Assembly: GCA_963816145.1 (NCBI GenBank)
Contig: CAWFJP010000013.1
Span: 171,734 to 235,733, forward strand
Direction: 5' to 3'
From: an uncultured delta proteobacterium
GTDB lineage: Bacteria; Desulfobacterota; Binatia; UBA9968
DNA: 64,000 bases
Positions 41,587 through 52,265 of the stretch are shown piece after piece. Below the pieces are notes generated by a model, which had not been told where the DNA came from, did not search any database, and was given only the letters and a program-made list of their open reading frames with translations. The position numbers were made by a program, and so were the translations under genes. Numbering within the stretch: position 1 is the stretch's first letter; each line of letters begins with the position of its first letter.

Positions 41587-41678
41587 TCTATCTACCTCGG
41601 GAAATTGCCAAATTGCGATCGGGCGAATGGCCGCCACCACCGGAGGTAACAGGAGCGAGCTTGACGGTCAAATGAAAT

Positions 41679-41882
41679 CTACTGGATCGCCGCGCTGACC
41701 GGGAGGTGGGTTTCGTCGCGGCCAGTGCCTTGGATGGCTTCGAGGATCAAGCTTTCGCTCTGCTGGGAATGAAGCACGACTTTGACGTGCCGAGCTGATT
41801 GCGGGTCGACGCTGAATGTCCGGCTGCCGCTCGGGAAAATAAACCGGGTGAAAATGAATGCTCGAGGTTGGTTGACCCGCAT
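41679..41882 (-). CDS. Possible small hypothetical protein
   Basis: 67-aa ORF with AGGAG RBS, co-oriented between two genes; no recognisable motif. Confidence 0.3.
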   Translation of the reverse strand: MRVNQPRAFIFTRFIFPSGSRTFSVDPQSARHVKVVLHSQQSESLILEAIQGTGRDETHLPVSAAIQ

Positions 41883-41900
41883 GCTCCTACTTGTCGCGGA

Positions 41901-42851
41901 TCAACTGCGCGGCAACAAGGAAAAGTCGGTGTGTTTCATCGGATCGTAGTCCGGTGCGATGGTCCGTTCTTGGCGCAGGATGTCAAGATAGCCTCGGGCG
42001 ATTTTCGGATTCATGCGGCCATCTTTGTTCAGGATTCTAATCAGGGTCGCGTAAGTGCCTTCGGCTTCCTGCTGGTTTACTTTGAACTTGTCGACGATCA
42101 TCTTGACGCTTTCGGGACGGTTGGCACGCAGCCAGGCGACTGACTCCATCACCGCGGCTACCGTGCGGCGGACGGATTCGCGATTGGTTTTGATCTCGTT
42201 CAGCGAAGTCACCATACCGACGTAAGGTATGTCCGCCAGGTCGCCCAATTGAGCTGAATTTCTTGTAGCCCGAGGAGACGGCCTTGTCGTCAAAGGGGGG
42301 CGTCAATACCGTTCCGACGACACGATTGCTGGTCAGCGCGCGAAAACTGTCCGCGGTGCCGCCGGTGTTGATGGTGCCGACGTCCTTGTCGCTGGATCTC
42401 CGATTTCTTCAGGAACGCCTGAAAGTAATAGTACGGCGAAGTGCGAGCGCCGGAAAGCGCGACTGTTTTGCCAATTAAGTCCTGCGGTTTATTGATATCC
42501 TTGTGGGTTACCAGCACCCAGGGGGAAACATCGCAAAAATTTATGACGATGACCAAGGGCAGGCCGGCGATTCCCGCGGAAATCGCCGTTGAGACGGAGG
42601 TGAAGTAATTGATATTACCCGCGACTACGGCCTGCGGCGCGATCGAGTTGGTGATCTGGATGTATTCGGATTCGATGTTGTATTTCTTTAAGAAGCCTTT
42701 CTCCTGCGCCACGTAGTACGGCATGTAGGAAAAAGCCAGCGAGGGAAAGCCGACGCGAATCTTGTACGGGTTTCCGCTCCCTCGGTCGATTGCGCAATCA
42801 AGCTGTGCAGCGACCAAGAAGACGGCAAAGAAAAAAATGCTTAGCGTTCAT
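41901..42851 (-). pseudogene. SsuA/THI5(NMT1)-like ABC substrate-binding protein with at least 3 frameshifts
   Basis: Fragments YVAQEKGF, DLIGKTV, TPPF and DFSLL lie in different frames; shifts near 42835, 42394 and 42247. Confidence 0.75.
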
Positions 42852-42862
42852 GTCTCGGTTCC

Positions 42863-44063
42863 TTACGCGTTGGCCGCTTTGGCTTGGCCGTTGTCCCAGC
42901 CTTGACGCGCGATTTTGATCGCATTGGGCTTGGGGCAGGTTCTTTAGCTTGAAGAAATCGACGGCGGTTTTGTTGAGCAACTTTTCTTTCTGGCTGAAGC
43001 TCAAGTCTTTGCAGTCAATCACATCCTTGACCGAGTAGGGGAAGTGGCAATCCCAATGGCAATAGTCCGACGCGTACATGACGGTGTTCTCGCCGTTGGC
43101 AGCGAAGACGCGATCGAGACCGGTCTCTTCCGACTCGCAGGTGAGGGTGATCTGTTCGCCACGGATGATCTCGCTGGGCCGGCGTTTCAAGTCGGGCATC
43201 TGCGGCGCCAGTTTTTCAATATGCTCGTCGAAACGCTCAGCCCAGAACGGCAACCAGCCGGCGCCGCCTTCCATGAAGCCGACCCGCAGCTTGGGATAGC
43301 GATCGAAGACGCCTTCGCCGATCATGTGCATCATCGACAACATCAATTCGAACGGAAACGCGGTCATGTGCACATAGACATACTTGCGCAACCGTTCGCT
43401 GCCTGCACCCATCACACCCGAGACGCCGGGAACACCGTCATGGCCGGTTTGCGGATGGACGCTGAGCGGCATGCCCAATGCCTGTGCGCAGTCGTAGATC
43501 GGATCGAACATGCGGTCGCCCATATTGTTCAAACCGTAGACGTTGGTCGGCAGCATCGCGGTGACGATGCCAGACTTGGCGAGGAACTCCAATTCCTTGA
43601 CGGCAGCGGGCGGGTCCTGACAGGGGATCAAGCCGACACCGAGCAAGCGCTGCTTGTCGGTGGAACAGTACTCGATCAGCCACTCGTTGACGGCATGGCA
43701 GAGCACTGCCGATAGCTCCTTGCTCATCAAGCCGTTGACTGTGAGGGCAATCTGGGTGCCGAAGAGGATCGCGACATCGATGCCTTCGGCGTCCATGTCC
43801 TTGAGCCGCGCGACCGGATCGATCATGCCTTCGCGAAAGCCGCGCGCCTTGTCGGTCATTGGCGCCGATACCCCCGGGCCAAGCCCCTGGGAGGCGGACC
43901 ACAGGCGACCTTCGAGCAGCATGCGCGAGTTGCCTTCGTTGTCGTTCATGCGAATCGGCGCTTGGGAGCGCCACTTTTCCGGCATGCGTGGTCGCAGGTC
44001 GATATTCCCTTCATAAACATGGCCGTCGGCGTCGACGACTAAAACATTATCAAAATTGTCCAT
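42863..44063 (-). CDS. Amidohydrolase_2 family protein (one frameshift near the C-terminus)
   Basis: VVDADGHV, MEGGAGW, YASDYCHWD. Removing one base from the G-run near 42934 gives a TAA at 42863, followed by an RBS for the next gene. Confidence 0.88.
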
Positions 44064-44204
44064 GGCGATTTTCTCCCCGCGTTTTTCGATATCAAGAGAC
44101 ACCTACCACAGCAAAAGTCGTAAGGGCAACTAGAATTGGCCGGCACGGCGCGCCGCGACGATGGTTTGAATACCGGCGGTCAATTGGATATTCAACCATG
44201 ACAG

Positions 44205-45428
44205 ATGCAAGCCATTCTCCGAGACTGCCGACAGGGCAAACTTTTATCCCGTGCCGAGGCCTTAACGTTTGTGGACGCTGATGGCGATCGACTGCGGGAA
44301 CTGCTGGCAACGGCGGCTGAGCTGCGCGATCAGCACAAGGGCCGGACGGTTACCTTCTCGCCGAAGGTATTCGTGCCGCTCACCAATCTATGCCGAGATT
44401 TTTGCGGTTATTGCACCTTCCGCAAGGCGCCCGGTGAGCCGGGCGCGAAAACCATGACGTTGGCTGAAGTGTTGCGCGTGGTGCGGCAAGGCAAGGCGAT
44501 GGGCTGCACGGAAGTACTGCTCAGCCTCGGCGACAAACCTGAGGCCATTTACCCCGAGATGAAACAGTTCTTAACCGAGCATGGTCATCAGCGTACCCTC
44601 GACTATCTCCACGAGGTCTGCCGCAGGGTCCTCGAAGAAACTGGCCTCTTGCCCCATGCCAACGCCGGCGTCATGGGACGGGGCGATTTGCAGCGATTGA
44701 AGGAAGTGAATCCAAGCATGGGGCTGATGCTCGAAAGCATCAGCGAGCGCCTAATGCTTGCTGGCGCTGCTCACGATAACGCCCCCGATAAGAAGCCGGC
44801 GGTGCGGCTGCGCACGTTAGAGCTGGCCGGCGAGCTGCGCATTCCATTTACCACCGGCATTCTCATCGGCATCGGCGAAGACTGGTCGGAGCGGATCGAT
44901 TCTTTGCTGGCGATTCGCGATTTGCATGACCGCTACGGACATATTCAAGAAGTGATCGTGCAGAACTTCCGCGCCAAGCCGACGATTCCCATGCGCGCTC
45001 ATCCCGATGCGGCACGGAGCGACATGATCAAGACAATTGCGCTCGCTCGATTAATCCTCGGCGGCGCGATGAACATCCAAGCGCCGCCCAATCTGACGCC
45101 GGACGGTTATGAGCTCTATTTGGACGCCGGCATCAACGACTGGGGCGGCGTGTCGCCGCTGACGCCCGACTTCATCAACCCAGAGGCGCCTTGGCCGGCG
45201 CTGCGCTTGCTCCAAGAAAAAAGCGCCCAGGCGGGATTCGAGTTAAAAGCGCGGCTGCCGATCTATCCAGAATATATTCGCCAGGGTGACAAGTATCTGC
45301 CGCCGAGTCTGCGTTCGTTCATCGACCCGCTGTGCGATGCCGATGGCTTGGTCAAAAACGGCGGCCCATTGGGCAATAACCCTACACTCCAACACTCCAG
45401 TACTCCAATTACCTCAGGGCCTTCCTGA
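44205..45428 (+). CDS. cofG: FO synthase subunit CofG (radical SAM)
   Basis: TFSPKVFVPLTNLCRDFCGYCTF, LLPHANAG, IQEVIVQNF, QAPPNL, GINDWGGVSP, NPEAPWP. Confidence 0.92.
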   Translation: MQAILRDCRQGKLLSRAEALTFVDADGDRLRELLATAAELRDQHKGRTVTFSPKVFVPLTNLCRDFCGYCTFRKAPGEPGAKTMTLAEVLRVVRQGKAMGCTEVLLSLGDKPEAIYPEMKQFLTEHGHQRTLDYLHEVCRRVLEETGLLPHANAGVMGRGDLQRLKEVNPSMGLMLESISERLMLAGAAHDNAPDKKPAVRLRTLELAGELRIPFTTGILIGIGEDWSERIDSLLAIRDLHDRYGHIQEVIVQNFRAKPTIPMRAHPDAARSDMIKTIALARLILGGAMNIQAPPNLTPDGYELYLDAGINDWGGVSPLTPDFINPEAPWPALRLLQEKSAQAGFELKARLPIYPEYIRQGDKYLPPSLRSFIDPLCDADGLVKNGGPLGNNPTLQHSSTPITSGPS

Positions 45429-46354
45429 TGCTGGTCGTTCTCACCGGCGGCACCGGCGGCGCCAAATTGATCGAAGGCTTGGCTGCGGAAACCGATCCAG
45501 CGAAACTGGCGATCGTCTGCAACACCGGCGATGATGCGATCTTTCACGGCCTCTACGTCTCGCCGGATATCGACACGATCACCTACACACTCGCGGGTTT
45601 AATCGATGCCGCGAAAGGTTGGGGTATCAAGGACGACACGTTTGCCGTGCTCGAACAGCTGCGCGGTCTCGGTAACGATGCATGGTTCAGCCTTGGCGAC
45701 AAAGATTTGGCAACCCACATCACGCGGACCGAGTTGCTCAACAAAGGGCTGAAACTGTCCGAAGTGACTGATCGCATGCGTCGCCAGCTCGGGGTTAAGT
45801 CGAAAATCCTCCCCATGACTGACGAGCGTGTCGAGACCCGCGTGCAGACGTTCCAGGGAGATATTTCGTTCCAGGAGTTTTTCGTCAAAGAGCGCTGGGC
45901 GCGCGACGTGAGTTCCGTTCGTTTCGTTGGCGCAGGATTGGCGAAGCCGGCGCCTGGTGTGCTGGAGTCGATTCAAAGTGCCGAGGCGATCATCATTTGC
46001 CCGAGCAACCCGATCACCAGCATCGGTCCGATTCTCGCGGTTCCGGGGATTCGCGACGCGCTCCAACAATCTGGCGCGCCGGTCGTCGGTGTCAGTCCAA
46101 TCATTGGCAGCGCGGCGATTTCCGGCCCGGCGCATAAACTGATGGTCGCCAGCGGCTTCGAGGCGTCCGCCATTGGCGTGGCAAGGTGCTACAAGGGATT
46201 TCTCGATACGCTGGTAATTGCTAACGAGGACTGCGCTTCCGGCCAGCTCGTCGAAGCGCTCAAAGTTGCGCCAGTCTGCGCCGACATACGCATGGAGGGC
46301 TTAGCCGACAAGAGGCGTTTGGCGCGCGAAGTCTTGGCCTGGGTCAAAAAATAG
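45428..46354 (+). CDS. cofD: 2-phospho-L-lactate transferase
   Basis: GGTGGAK, NTGDD, SPDIDT, LGDKD, PSNPITSIGP. Confidence 0.94.
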   Translation: MLVVLTGGTGGAKLIEGLAAETDPAKLAIVCNTGDDAIFHGLYVSPDIDTITYTLAGLIDAAKGWGIKDDTFAVLEQLRGLGNDAWFSLGDKDLATHITRTELLNKGLKLSEVTDRMRRQLGVKSKILPMTDERVETRVQTFQGDISFQEFFVKERWARDVSSVRFVGAGLAKPAPGVLESIQSAEAIIICPSNPITSIGPILAVPGIRDALQQSGAPVVGVSPIIGSAAISGPAHKLMVASGFEASAIGVARCYKGFLDTLVIANEDCASGQLVEALKVAPVCADIRMEGLADKRRLAREVLAWVKK

Positions 46355-46372
46355 TCTAAGAATTTTCTTTCC

Positions 46373-47062
46373 ATGAATGTCGCCGCCCTCATGCCCGTGA
46401 AAGGTTTTCACAACGCCAAGCAACGCTTGAGTCCGCTGTTGAGCGGCGCGGCGCGGGAAATATTGGCGGAAACCATGTTCCGCGATGTGTTGCGCCAGGT
46501 GCGTTTGGCGCGCGGGCTTGTGGGAACTTTCGTGGTTACCGGCGACGATCAGGTTGCTGCGATCGCTTCGGCGGCCGGCGCGGAGGTGATCCGCGAGGAC
46601 GCGGAGAACGGCGAGACCGGCGCCGTCGATTTCGCGCGCCGTGAATTGCAGCAGGAGGACTGCGAGGCGGTGCTGATTATTCCCGCTGATATGCCGCTCG
46701 TGAGAGCTGAAGATGTTGAAGCGGTGCTGGAGCAGGTTCCAGTCGGCGCTCTGGCGCCCTACGCGCTTTTAGTCCCGTCCCACGACAAGCTCGGCACCAA
46801 CGCGCTGCTTTTGGCGCCGCCGGATGTGATTCCACTGCGCTTTGGCCATGATAGTTTCACTTTTCATTTGAGCCAGGTGAGGGCGCAAGGATTGCCGGCG
46901 CGATTTGTCGAGAATGAACGAATAGCCCTAGATATCGATGAGCCCAAGGATCTCGAACGGTTTCTCGCCTATGGATACCAAGGCGGCGAGTCGACGCGCG
47001 TGGCGCAGGAGCTGCTCGCCGCGCGCGTTACGCCAATCGGCGAAAGATCCGGTGGCGCATGA
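46373..47062 (+). CDS. cofC: 2-phospho-L-lactate/PEP guanylyltransferase
   Basis: PVK...AKQRL, PADMP, GTNAL, FG.DSF..H, LDIDEPKDL. Confidence 0.92.
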   Translation: MNVAALMPVKGFHNAKQRLSPLLSGAAREILAETMFRDVLRQVRLARGLVGTFVVTGDDQVAAIASAAGAEVIREDAENGETGAVDFARRELQQEDCEAVLIIPADMPLVRAEDVEAVLEQVPVGALAPYALLVPSHDKLGTNALLLAPPDVIPLRFGHDSFTFHLSQVRAQGLPARFVENERIALDIDEPKDLERFLAYGYQGGESTRVAQELLAARVTPIGERSGGA

Positions 47063-47811
47063 AAAGAGTTGAGCTTATCGGCTTGGAGGGCATCGCCGAA
47101 GTTCATGCCGAAGATTCAGTCGGACAGCTGATCTGCGATGCCTGCGGGCGCCAGCAATTCGAACTTGTCGATGGCGATCTTCTGGTGGTGGCGCAGAAGA
47201 TTGTTTCCAAAGCTGAAGGTCAGATGGTTGCGCTGGCAACCGTCCAGCCGTCGGCGCGGGCGCAGGAGCTGGCGCAGGAACTCGGCAAAGAGCCGGAACT
47301 GATCGAGGTCATTCTCGGCGAGAGCCGCAGAGTGATTCGCACCGGCGGACGGGCGATGGTCGTCGAAACCCATCATGGCTTTGTCTGCGCCAATGCCGGC
47401 GTCGACCAGTCTAATGTCGGACTGAAGCAAGTTGCGCTGCTACCGAAAGATGCCGACCGCTCGGCGCGCGGGATTCGCGCTGAGATTCGGCGCCGGACGG
47501 GGAAAAACGTCGGCATCATCGTCAGCGATAGTTTCGGCCGGGCGTGGCGTCTCGGCACCGTGGATGTGGCGGTTGGGGTTGCCGGAATCAATCCGATCAA
47601 AGATGAGCGTGGTCTAAAAGATCGCCATGGTTATGAACTCAAAGCGGCGGTGGCGGCGGTTGCCGATGAGTTGGCATCGGCCGCCGAGTTGGTTATGGGT
47701 AAGCGTGACGGTGTGCCTGTCGTCATCGTCCGTGGCTATGACATACAAATCAAGGAGGAAGGATCGGTGCAGGAGCTCTTGCGCCCCGAGGCGGAGGATC
47801 TTTTTCGCTAG
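47059..47811 (+). CDS. cofE: Coenzyme F420-0:L-glutamate ligase
   Basis: QKIVSKAEG, CANAGVDQSN, DSFGRAWR, ADELASAA.LVMGK, DLFR. Confidence 0.94.
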   Translation: MKRVELIGLEGIAEVHAEDSVGQLICDACGRQQFELVDGDLLVVAQKIVSKAEGQMVALATVQPSARAQELAQELGKEPELIEVILGESRRVIRTGGRAMVVETHHGFVCANAGVDQSNVGLKQVALLPKDADRSARGIRAEIRRRTGKNVGIIVSDSFGRAWRLGTVDVAVGVAGINPIKDERGLKDRHGYELKAAVAAVADELASAAELVMGKRDGVPVVIVRGYDIQIKEEGSVQELLRPEAEDLFR

Positions 47812-47825
47812 GTTATAAGAACATT

Positions 47826-48488
47826 ATGGACAACCTCAGTGTGGCGATCGTCGGTGGCACGGGAAACTTGGGCAGCGCCTTGGCGCTGCGTCTGGGCGCG
47901 CCGGGTGTCAAAATCATTATCGGCTCGCGCGATGCCGAGAAAGCCAAAAAGGCTGTTGAAATTCTGCAGCCCAATCTGCGCGCCGGCGAGATGATCGGCA
48001 CCACCAATCAAGAGGCGGTCAAAGACGCCAACTTCGTGGTGATCGCGGTTCCCTACGAGGGCCAATCGCAGATGGTGCAAGATCTGAAGGGCCAAGTGGC
48101 CGGCAAGATTATCATCGATACCGTGGTGCCGCTGAATAAAGTAAAGCCCTTCGTGCCCGCCGCCGGCTCGGCGTTGCAAGAAGCGCAACAGATTCTCGGC
48201 GCCGAAGCGCCGGTGATCGGTGCGTTGCATAACATTTCCGCCGTCGATCTGGGCGATGTCGATTCTCCTCTCGGCGACGTGCTCGTCTGCGGTGACAACG
48301 CCGAGGCGAAACAGAAGGTGATGGAGATCATCCAGCGCATCGGCGCCACCGCCTACGATGCCGGACCAGCGAGCAATGCCTACGTCATCGAGGGCTTGAC
48401 CGGCGTCATCATCGCGCTCAACCGAAAATACAAATCCAAGCATGGCAGCATCAAGATCACCGGCATTGGCGGGCAACCGGGTCATTGA
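47826..48488 (+). CDS. npdG: NADPH-dependent F420 reductase
   Basis: GGTGNLG, IGSRDAEKA, AVPY, DVLVCGD, NRKYK; F420 gene context. Confidence 0.88.
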   Translation: MDNLSVAIVGGTGNLGSALALRLGAPGVKIIIGSRDAEKAKKAVEILQPNLRAGEMIGTTNQEAVKDANFVVIAVPYEGQSQMVQDLKGQVAGKIIIDTVVPLNKVKPFVPAAGSALQEAQQILGAEAPVIGALHNISAVDLGDVDSPLGDVLVCGDNAEAKQKVMEIIQRIGATAYDAGPASNAYVIEGLTGVIIALNRKYKSKHGSIKITGIGGQPGH

Positions 48489-48834
48489 ACGAGCTTGGGC
48501 GGCGCGCTTCGCGAAGTTTCGCGCCGATGCACTTAGTTCGTCGTCAGCGGCGCCGATTTCAACCCCGCTAGCAATTTTGTCGCTGGGAATGTTGCTTGAA
48601 CGCTGCCCGCGGCGAGCACGGCAACGATTTTCCGCACCTGACCTTTATGTCGAGGGGCTATATCGGCTGGCTCTAGCGGGTTCCGATGGTGTATCCTCTG
48701 TTATCGCTATCGCGAGTTTGCCTATGGCCGTAGGTTTTACGGTGCGAACGATGGTTCATAATAACTTGCTGGGTACGGAGATTAATGTGAATTAGTCGCG
48801 GCGAAAGTTTGTCGGTCTGTCGATCCTGACGGCG

Positions 48835-49224
48835 GTGTCGGTGATTCCAGGTCGACTCGTCCATGGGCTGGACCCCAAGCGCCCGGATCGATTTCTGCCC
48901 GAGGAGCGGCGCGCCATCGAAGACTACTATCGAAGAATCAACGACAAGAAAAAGCCAAATAAAGGCCTACCGCCGGGGTTGGCGAAACGAGGCGGCAACC
49001 TGCCGCCTGGATTGCAAAAGAAGTTAGAGCGCGACGGTCAGTTGCTGCCGGGGCTGCAAAAGCGTATGGAACCGTTGCCGGTCGATTTAGACCGCCGGTT
49101 GCCCCGATTGCCGGAAAATTGGCAAAGGGTGGAAGTTGAACGTGATGTTAAACTGCTCGATCGGCGCACCAACCAGATCCTCGATGTCATTGAAAACGTG
49201 ATTGACATAGTCACCGGCCAATAG
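48835..49224 (+). CDS. Hypothetical LPPGL-repeat protein (start uncertain)
   Basis: GLPPGLAKRGGNLPPGLQKK...LPPGLQK-like repeats and ILDVI C-terminus seen in small RcnB-like proteins; no signal peptide visible. Confidence 0.6.
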   Translation: MSVIPGRLVHGLDPKRPDRFLPEERRAIEDYYRRINDKKKPNKGLPPGLAKRGGNLPPGLQKKLERDGQLLPGLQKRMEPLPVDLDRRLPRLPENWQRVEVERDVKLLDRRTNQILDVIENVIDIVTGQ

Positions 49225-49402
49225 CTCCACTGTCTAACATTTCCTCTGCCGACCACCTCTGGCCGGTCGAGTTTCGGTCGAATTTTGTAACAATCCGCTA
49301 GCTTAAGCCATTGTCGCCGATTGGCCGGGCAGTGTTAACCTTTGCCTGGCTGTGGCGTCTAACCAGTTAAACGGCTGGTGCAAGCGCCAGCGTCTCACAG
49401 CC

Positions 49403-49978
49403 ATGGAAAGCTCCCAGGATCTCGGCGACGAAGAATTGGTGGCCTTGTGCCAACAGGGGCAGGGGCATTATTTCGAGATTTTGGTGCGGCGTTATATGGA
49501 AAAGGCTTTTCACATCGCTTACGACTTCACGCGTAATACCGAGACGGCCAAAGATCTCTCCCAGGACGCGTTTTTGCGCGCCTATGCCAACATCACGCGT
49601 TTCGACGGACGATCGAGCTTTTATACTTGGTTTTATCGGATCGTGGTCAATCTCTGCTTGGATCATGCACGGCGGAGAGGCCGCGTCTTGTGGGAGTCGC
49701 TGGACAAGACGGCCGAGGAACCCGGCAGACAGCGCCAGTTGGTGGATAGCCAGCACCAGCCGGACCAGGAAGCGATCGCCGGTGAGGCGAGCCGGCGCGC
49801 CAATGCGACGTTGGAGTCGATGCCGAATAAGCAGCGCACGGCATTTTTGCTGCGAAACCAGGAAGGGCTGCCGATCGCCGACATCGCCAAGGTGATGAAA
49901 ACCACTGAAGGAACCGTGCGGGTTTATCTCCACAGAGCCGTGGCGGCATTGCGCCAAAGCTTGGTGGAGTTCGTTTAA
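49403..49978 (+). CDS. ECF sigma-70 factor
   Basis: DEELV, KDLSQDAF, SSFYTWFYRIVVN, EGTVRVYLHRA. Confidence 0.92.
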   Translation: MESSQDLGDEELVALCQQGQGHYFEILVRRYMEKAFHIAYDFTRNTETAKDLSQDAFLRAYANITRFDGRSSFYTWFYRIVVNLCLDHARRRGRVLWESLDKTAEEPGRQRQLVDSQHQPDQEAIAGEASRRANATLESMPNKQRTAFLLRNQEGLPIADIAKVMKTTEGTVRVYLHRAVAALRQSLVEFV

Positions 49979-49988
49979 GGAGAAGTTT

Positions 49989-50552
49989 ATGGAAAAGCGG
50001 GTTACGTCACTGCAAGGTGCCTGCGAAGGTTACGAAGAGGATCTGGTGCTCTATTATTACGCTGAGACTGGCGCGAGCGAGCGTGCGGCGATCGAGCAGC
50101 ACCTGGCGCAGTGTTTGCGCTGCCGCAAATTCATCGACGATCTTGGCCGAGTGCTGCCGCAGATGGCACCCAAACCGGAATTACCGCAGGCGTTTTGGGA
50201 TAATTATTTCCGTGAAACCGTGGCGAAACTGGATGAGCAGGCGGCGCGACAAAATTGGTGGCGCCGCTGGTTTACGCCCATGAACGGTTGGCTGGTGCCG
50301 GCCTTCGGCACGGTCGCGATTGCTGTGTTTGCGATTGCGTTGATGTTGGAGAAGGGCGATTTTAAATCAACGGCTGAAACCGCGCCGGTAAATATACCGG
50401 CGGATGTGTTGGTCGACTCGAACCAGCTCGAATTTTTCAAATCGATGGATATTCTCGAATCTCTGAGCACGCTCGAAGAACAGGATGGCGCTAAGCCGGC
50501 GCGGAAAACCAGTCATATCGAGAATGGGCACGCGGGTCAGTCTGTTGCGTAG
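49989..50552 (+). CDS. Membrane-anchored zf-HC2 anti-sigma factor
   Basis: C...HLAQCLRC motif plus one TM segment (LVPAFGTVAIAVFAIALML). Confidence 0.85.
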   Translation: MEKRVTSLQGACEGYEEDLVLYYYAETGASERAAIEQHLAQCLRCRKFIDDLGRVLPQMAPKPELPQAFWDNYFRETVAKLDEQAARQNWWRRWFTPMNGWLVPAFGTVAIAVFAIALMLEKGDFKSTAETAPVNIPADVLVDSNQLEFFKSMDILESLSTLEEQDGAKPARKTSHIENGHAGQSVA

Positions 50553-50575
50553 ATAACTTAGCCGGTAGGACGAAG

Positions 50576-50839
50576 ATGAAAACGCGTAAATTGCTTTTGG
50601 TGGTGATGGGTTTTGTTCTTTTGCTCGAATCGCGCGCGCTCGCCCAGGGCGATGACTGGCGCAAGCTCGATCCCAAAGAGAAAGACAGGATTCGCCGCAA
50701 CTACGAGCGCTGGGAAAAGTTGCCGCCGCGGGATAAAGAACACCTGCGCGAAGAATGGGATCGGTGGAACCGCATGCCGCAGGACCGCCGCGACCAACTC
50801 AAGCAACGCTTCCAAGATCACCGCCGCAGTCCGGACTGA
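50576..50839 (+). CDS. Small exported DUF3106-like helical repeat protein
   Basis: Signal peptide; W..L.P..K/R repeats. Confidence 0.75.
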   Translation: MKTRKLLLVVMGFVLLLESRALAQGDDWRKLDPKEKDRIRRNYERWEKLPPRDKEHLREEWDRWNRMPQDRRDQLKQRFQDHRRSPD

Positions 50840-51011
50840 TCCATTGAAGTATCCCTGCTTCCTTTTTGCTAATTTTATCAGGGGCCATGAAAACAATCGC
50901 GCCTTTGCGCTTGTTGGCGATGAGAGTCGTTTCGGCGTCGGGTTGCCACTGGCTGCATTACGGCCGCTATTATTCTAGAAATTACGACTCACGATAGCCT
51001 AAATCATCGAG

Positions 51012-51039
51012 CGGCTCCGGTTTTACAAAACCGGAGCCG
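51012..51039. terminator. Hairpin between convergent genes
   Basis: Perfect 13-bp inverted repeat cggctccggtttt / aaaaccggagccg. Confidence 0.6.
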
Positions 51040-51059
51040 TGCCTATTCCATGCATCGAA

Positions 51060-52181
51060 TCACATCGCGTAATACGCTGCGCAGTTGTCCCAAAGAATTT
51101 TCCGCTTTTGCTCGTCGGTGATCGGCAGTTTCAAGAAATGATTCACCGCCTCGGGATATTTCGAATCGCCGTGCGGATAATCGGTGGAAAAAACCAGATG
51201 GCCGCTGCCGAATTGCTCAACGATGTTGGTCGCCGTGATCTCGTCGGGCTCGATAGAAACAACGCACTGGCGATTGAAATATTCGCTTGGCTTTTGCTTA
51301 AGATCGGGCGCCCAAACATCGCCTTCGAGTTCCCAGGTTTCGTCCAAGCGCCAGAGTAGCCAAGGCAGCCAGCTGCAATTGGCCTCAAGGAACGCCACGC
51401 GTAGTTTCGGATGGCGCGCCAATATTCCGCCGGCGCAAAAACCGCCCAACGCCATCATCTGCTCGAAAGGCTGGGCGTAAACGCGGCGCAGCATAAGATT
51501 GGGTTCCAGGCGGCGGCCGACCTGTCTAGCTCCGGTGCCGGTGGATTCATGCAGTCCGACAGAGAGATTCAGATCTTCCAACGCGCTCCACAGCGGCTCG
51601 TAATAATCGTCTTGCCATTGATGGTCGACAAGCGGGACGGCGCGGAGAAACACCGCGCGAAAACCCAGCTCCTCAGCGCACCGGCGCGCTTCTTTCACCG
51701 CGTCGTTCATGTCATAGGTCGAAAGCATCGCGGCGCCGATGAGACGCTTAGGGTCTTGCTTGCAGAAATCGTAAAGCCAATCGTTATAGGCTCGCGCCAT
51801 CGCCGCGGCGAACGGCGCGTCCATATCCTCGATGACCAGCGCGCGAAGCCCACGGGTCGGATAGAGCACTGCGATATCTAGACCCTCGATGTCCATCGCT
51901 TCGATCTGTACTTCCGACGTCCAACCGCGCTCGGCGTCCTGCCGGTAGATGCCCTGATTTTTCTCGAAGTTGCGGCCACTGGCGACATCGCTTTCGCGCG
52001 GCGATTGGCGCGCCCAATCGCGGCCGTCGGGATAAACCATGCGCAGGTCGCGGACGTTACGGCTGACGACGCCGCGGGGCGCGCGATCCCTGAACTTCTT
52101 ATCGATATAGCGCTCCCATAAATCAGGCGGTTCCATGATATGCATGTCGCTGTCGATAATTTTGAAGCCGTTCTTGGCCAT
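51060..52181 (-). CDS. Amidohydrolase_2 family protein
   Basis: IIDSDMHIMEP, GLHE, FLEAN, FSTDYPH, ILWDN. Confidence 0.9.
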   Translation of the reverse strand: MAKNGFKIIDSDMHIMEPPDLWERYIDKKFRDRAPRGVVSRNVRDLRMVYPDGRDWARQSPRESDVASGRNFEKNQGIYRQDAERGWTSEVQIEAMDIEGLDIAVLYPTRGLRALVIEDMDAPFAAAMARAYNDWLYDFCKQDPKRLIGAAMLSTYDMNDAVKEARRCAEELGFRAVFLRAVPLVDHQWQDDYYEPLWSALEDLNLSVGLHESTGTGARQVGRRLEPNLMLRRVYAQPFEQMMALGGFCAGGILARHPKLRVAFLEANCSWLPWLLWRLDETWELEGDVWAPDLKQKPSEYFNRQCVVSIEPDEITATNIVEQFGSGHLVFSTDYPHGDSKYPEAVNHFLKLPITDEQKRKILWDNCAAYYAM

Positions 52182-52265
52182 GGTTCAATCCTCCGCAAGG
52201 TTGCGCGTGTTTTGTCAACTCTCTATAAACAAAACAGAAATCACATTTTATGGGGAGGATCAATC

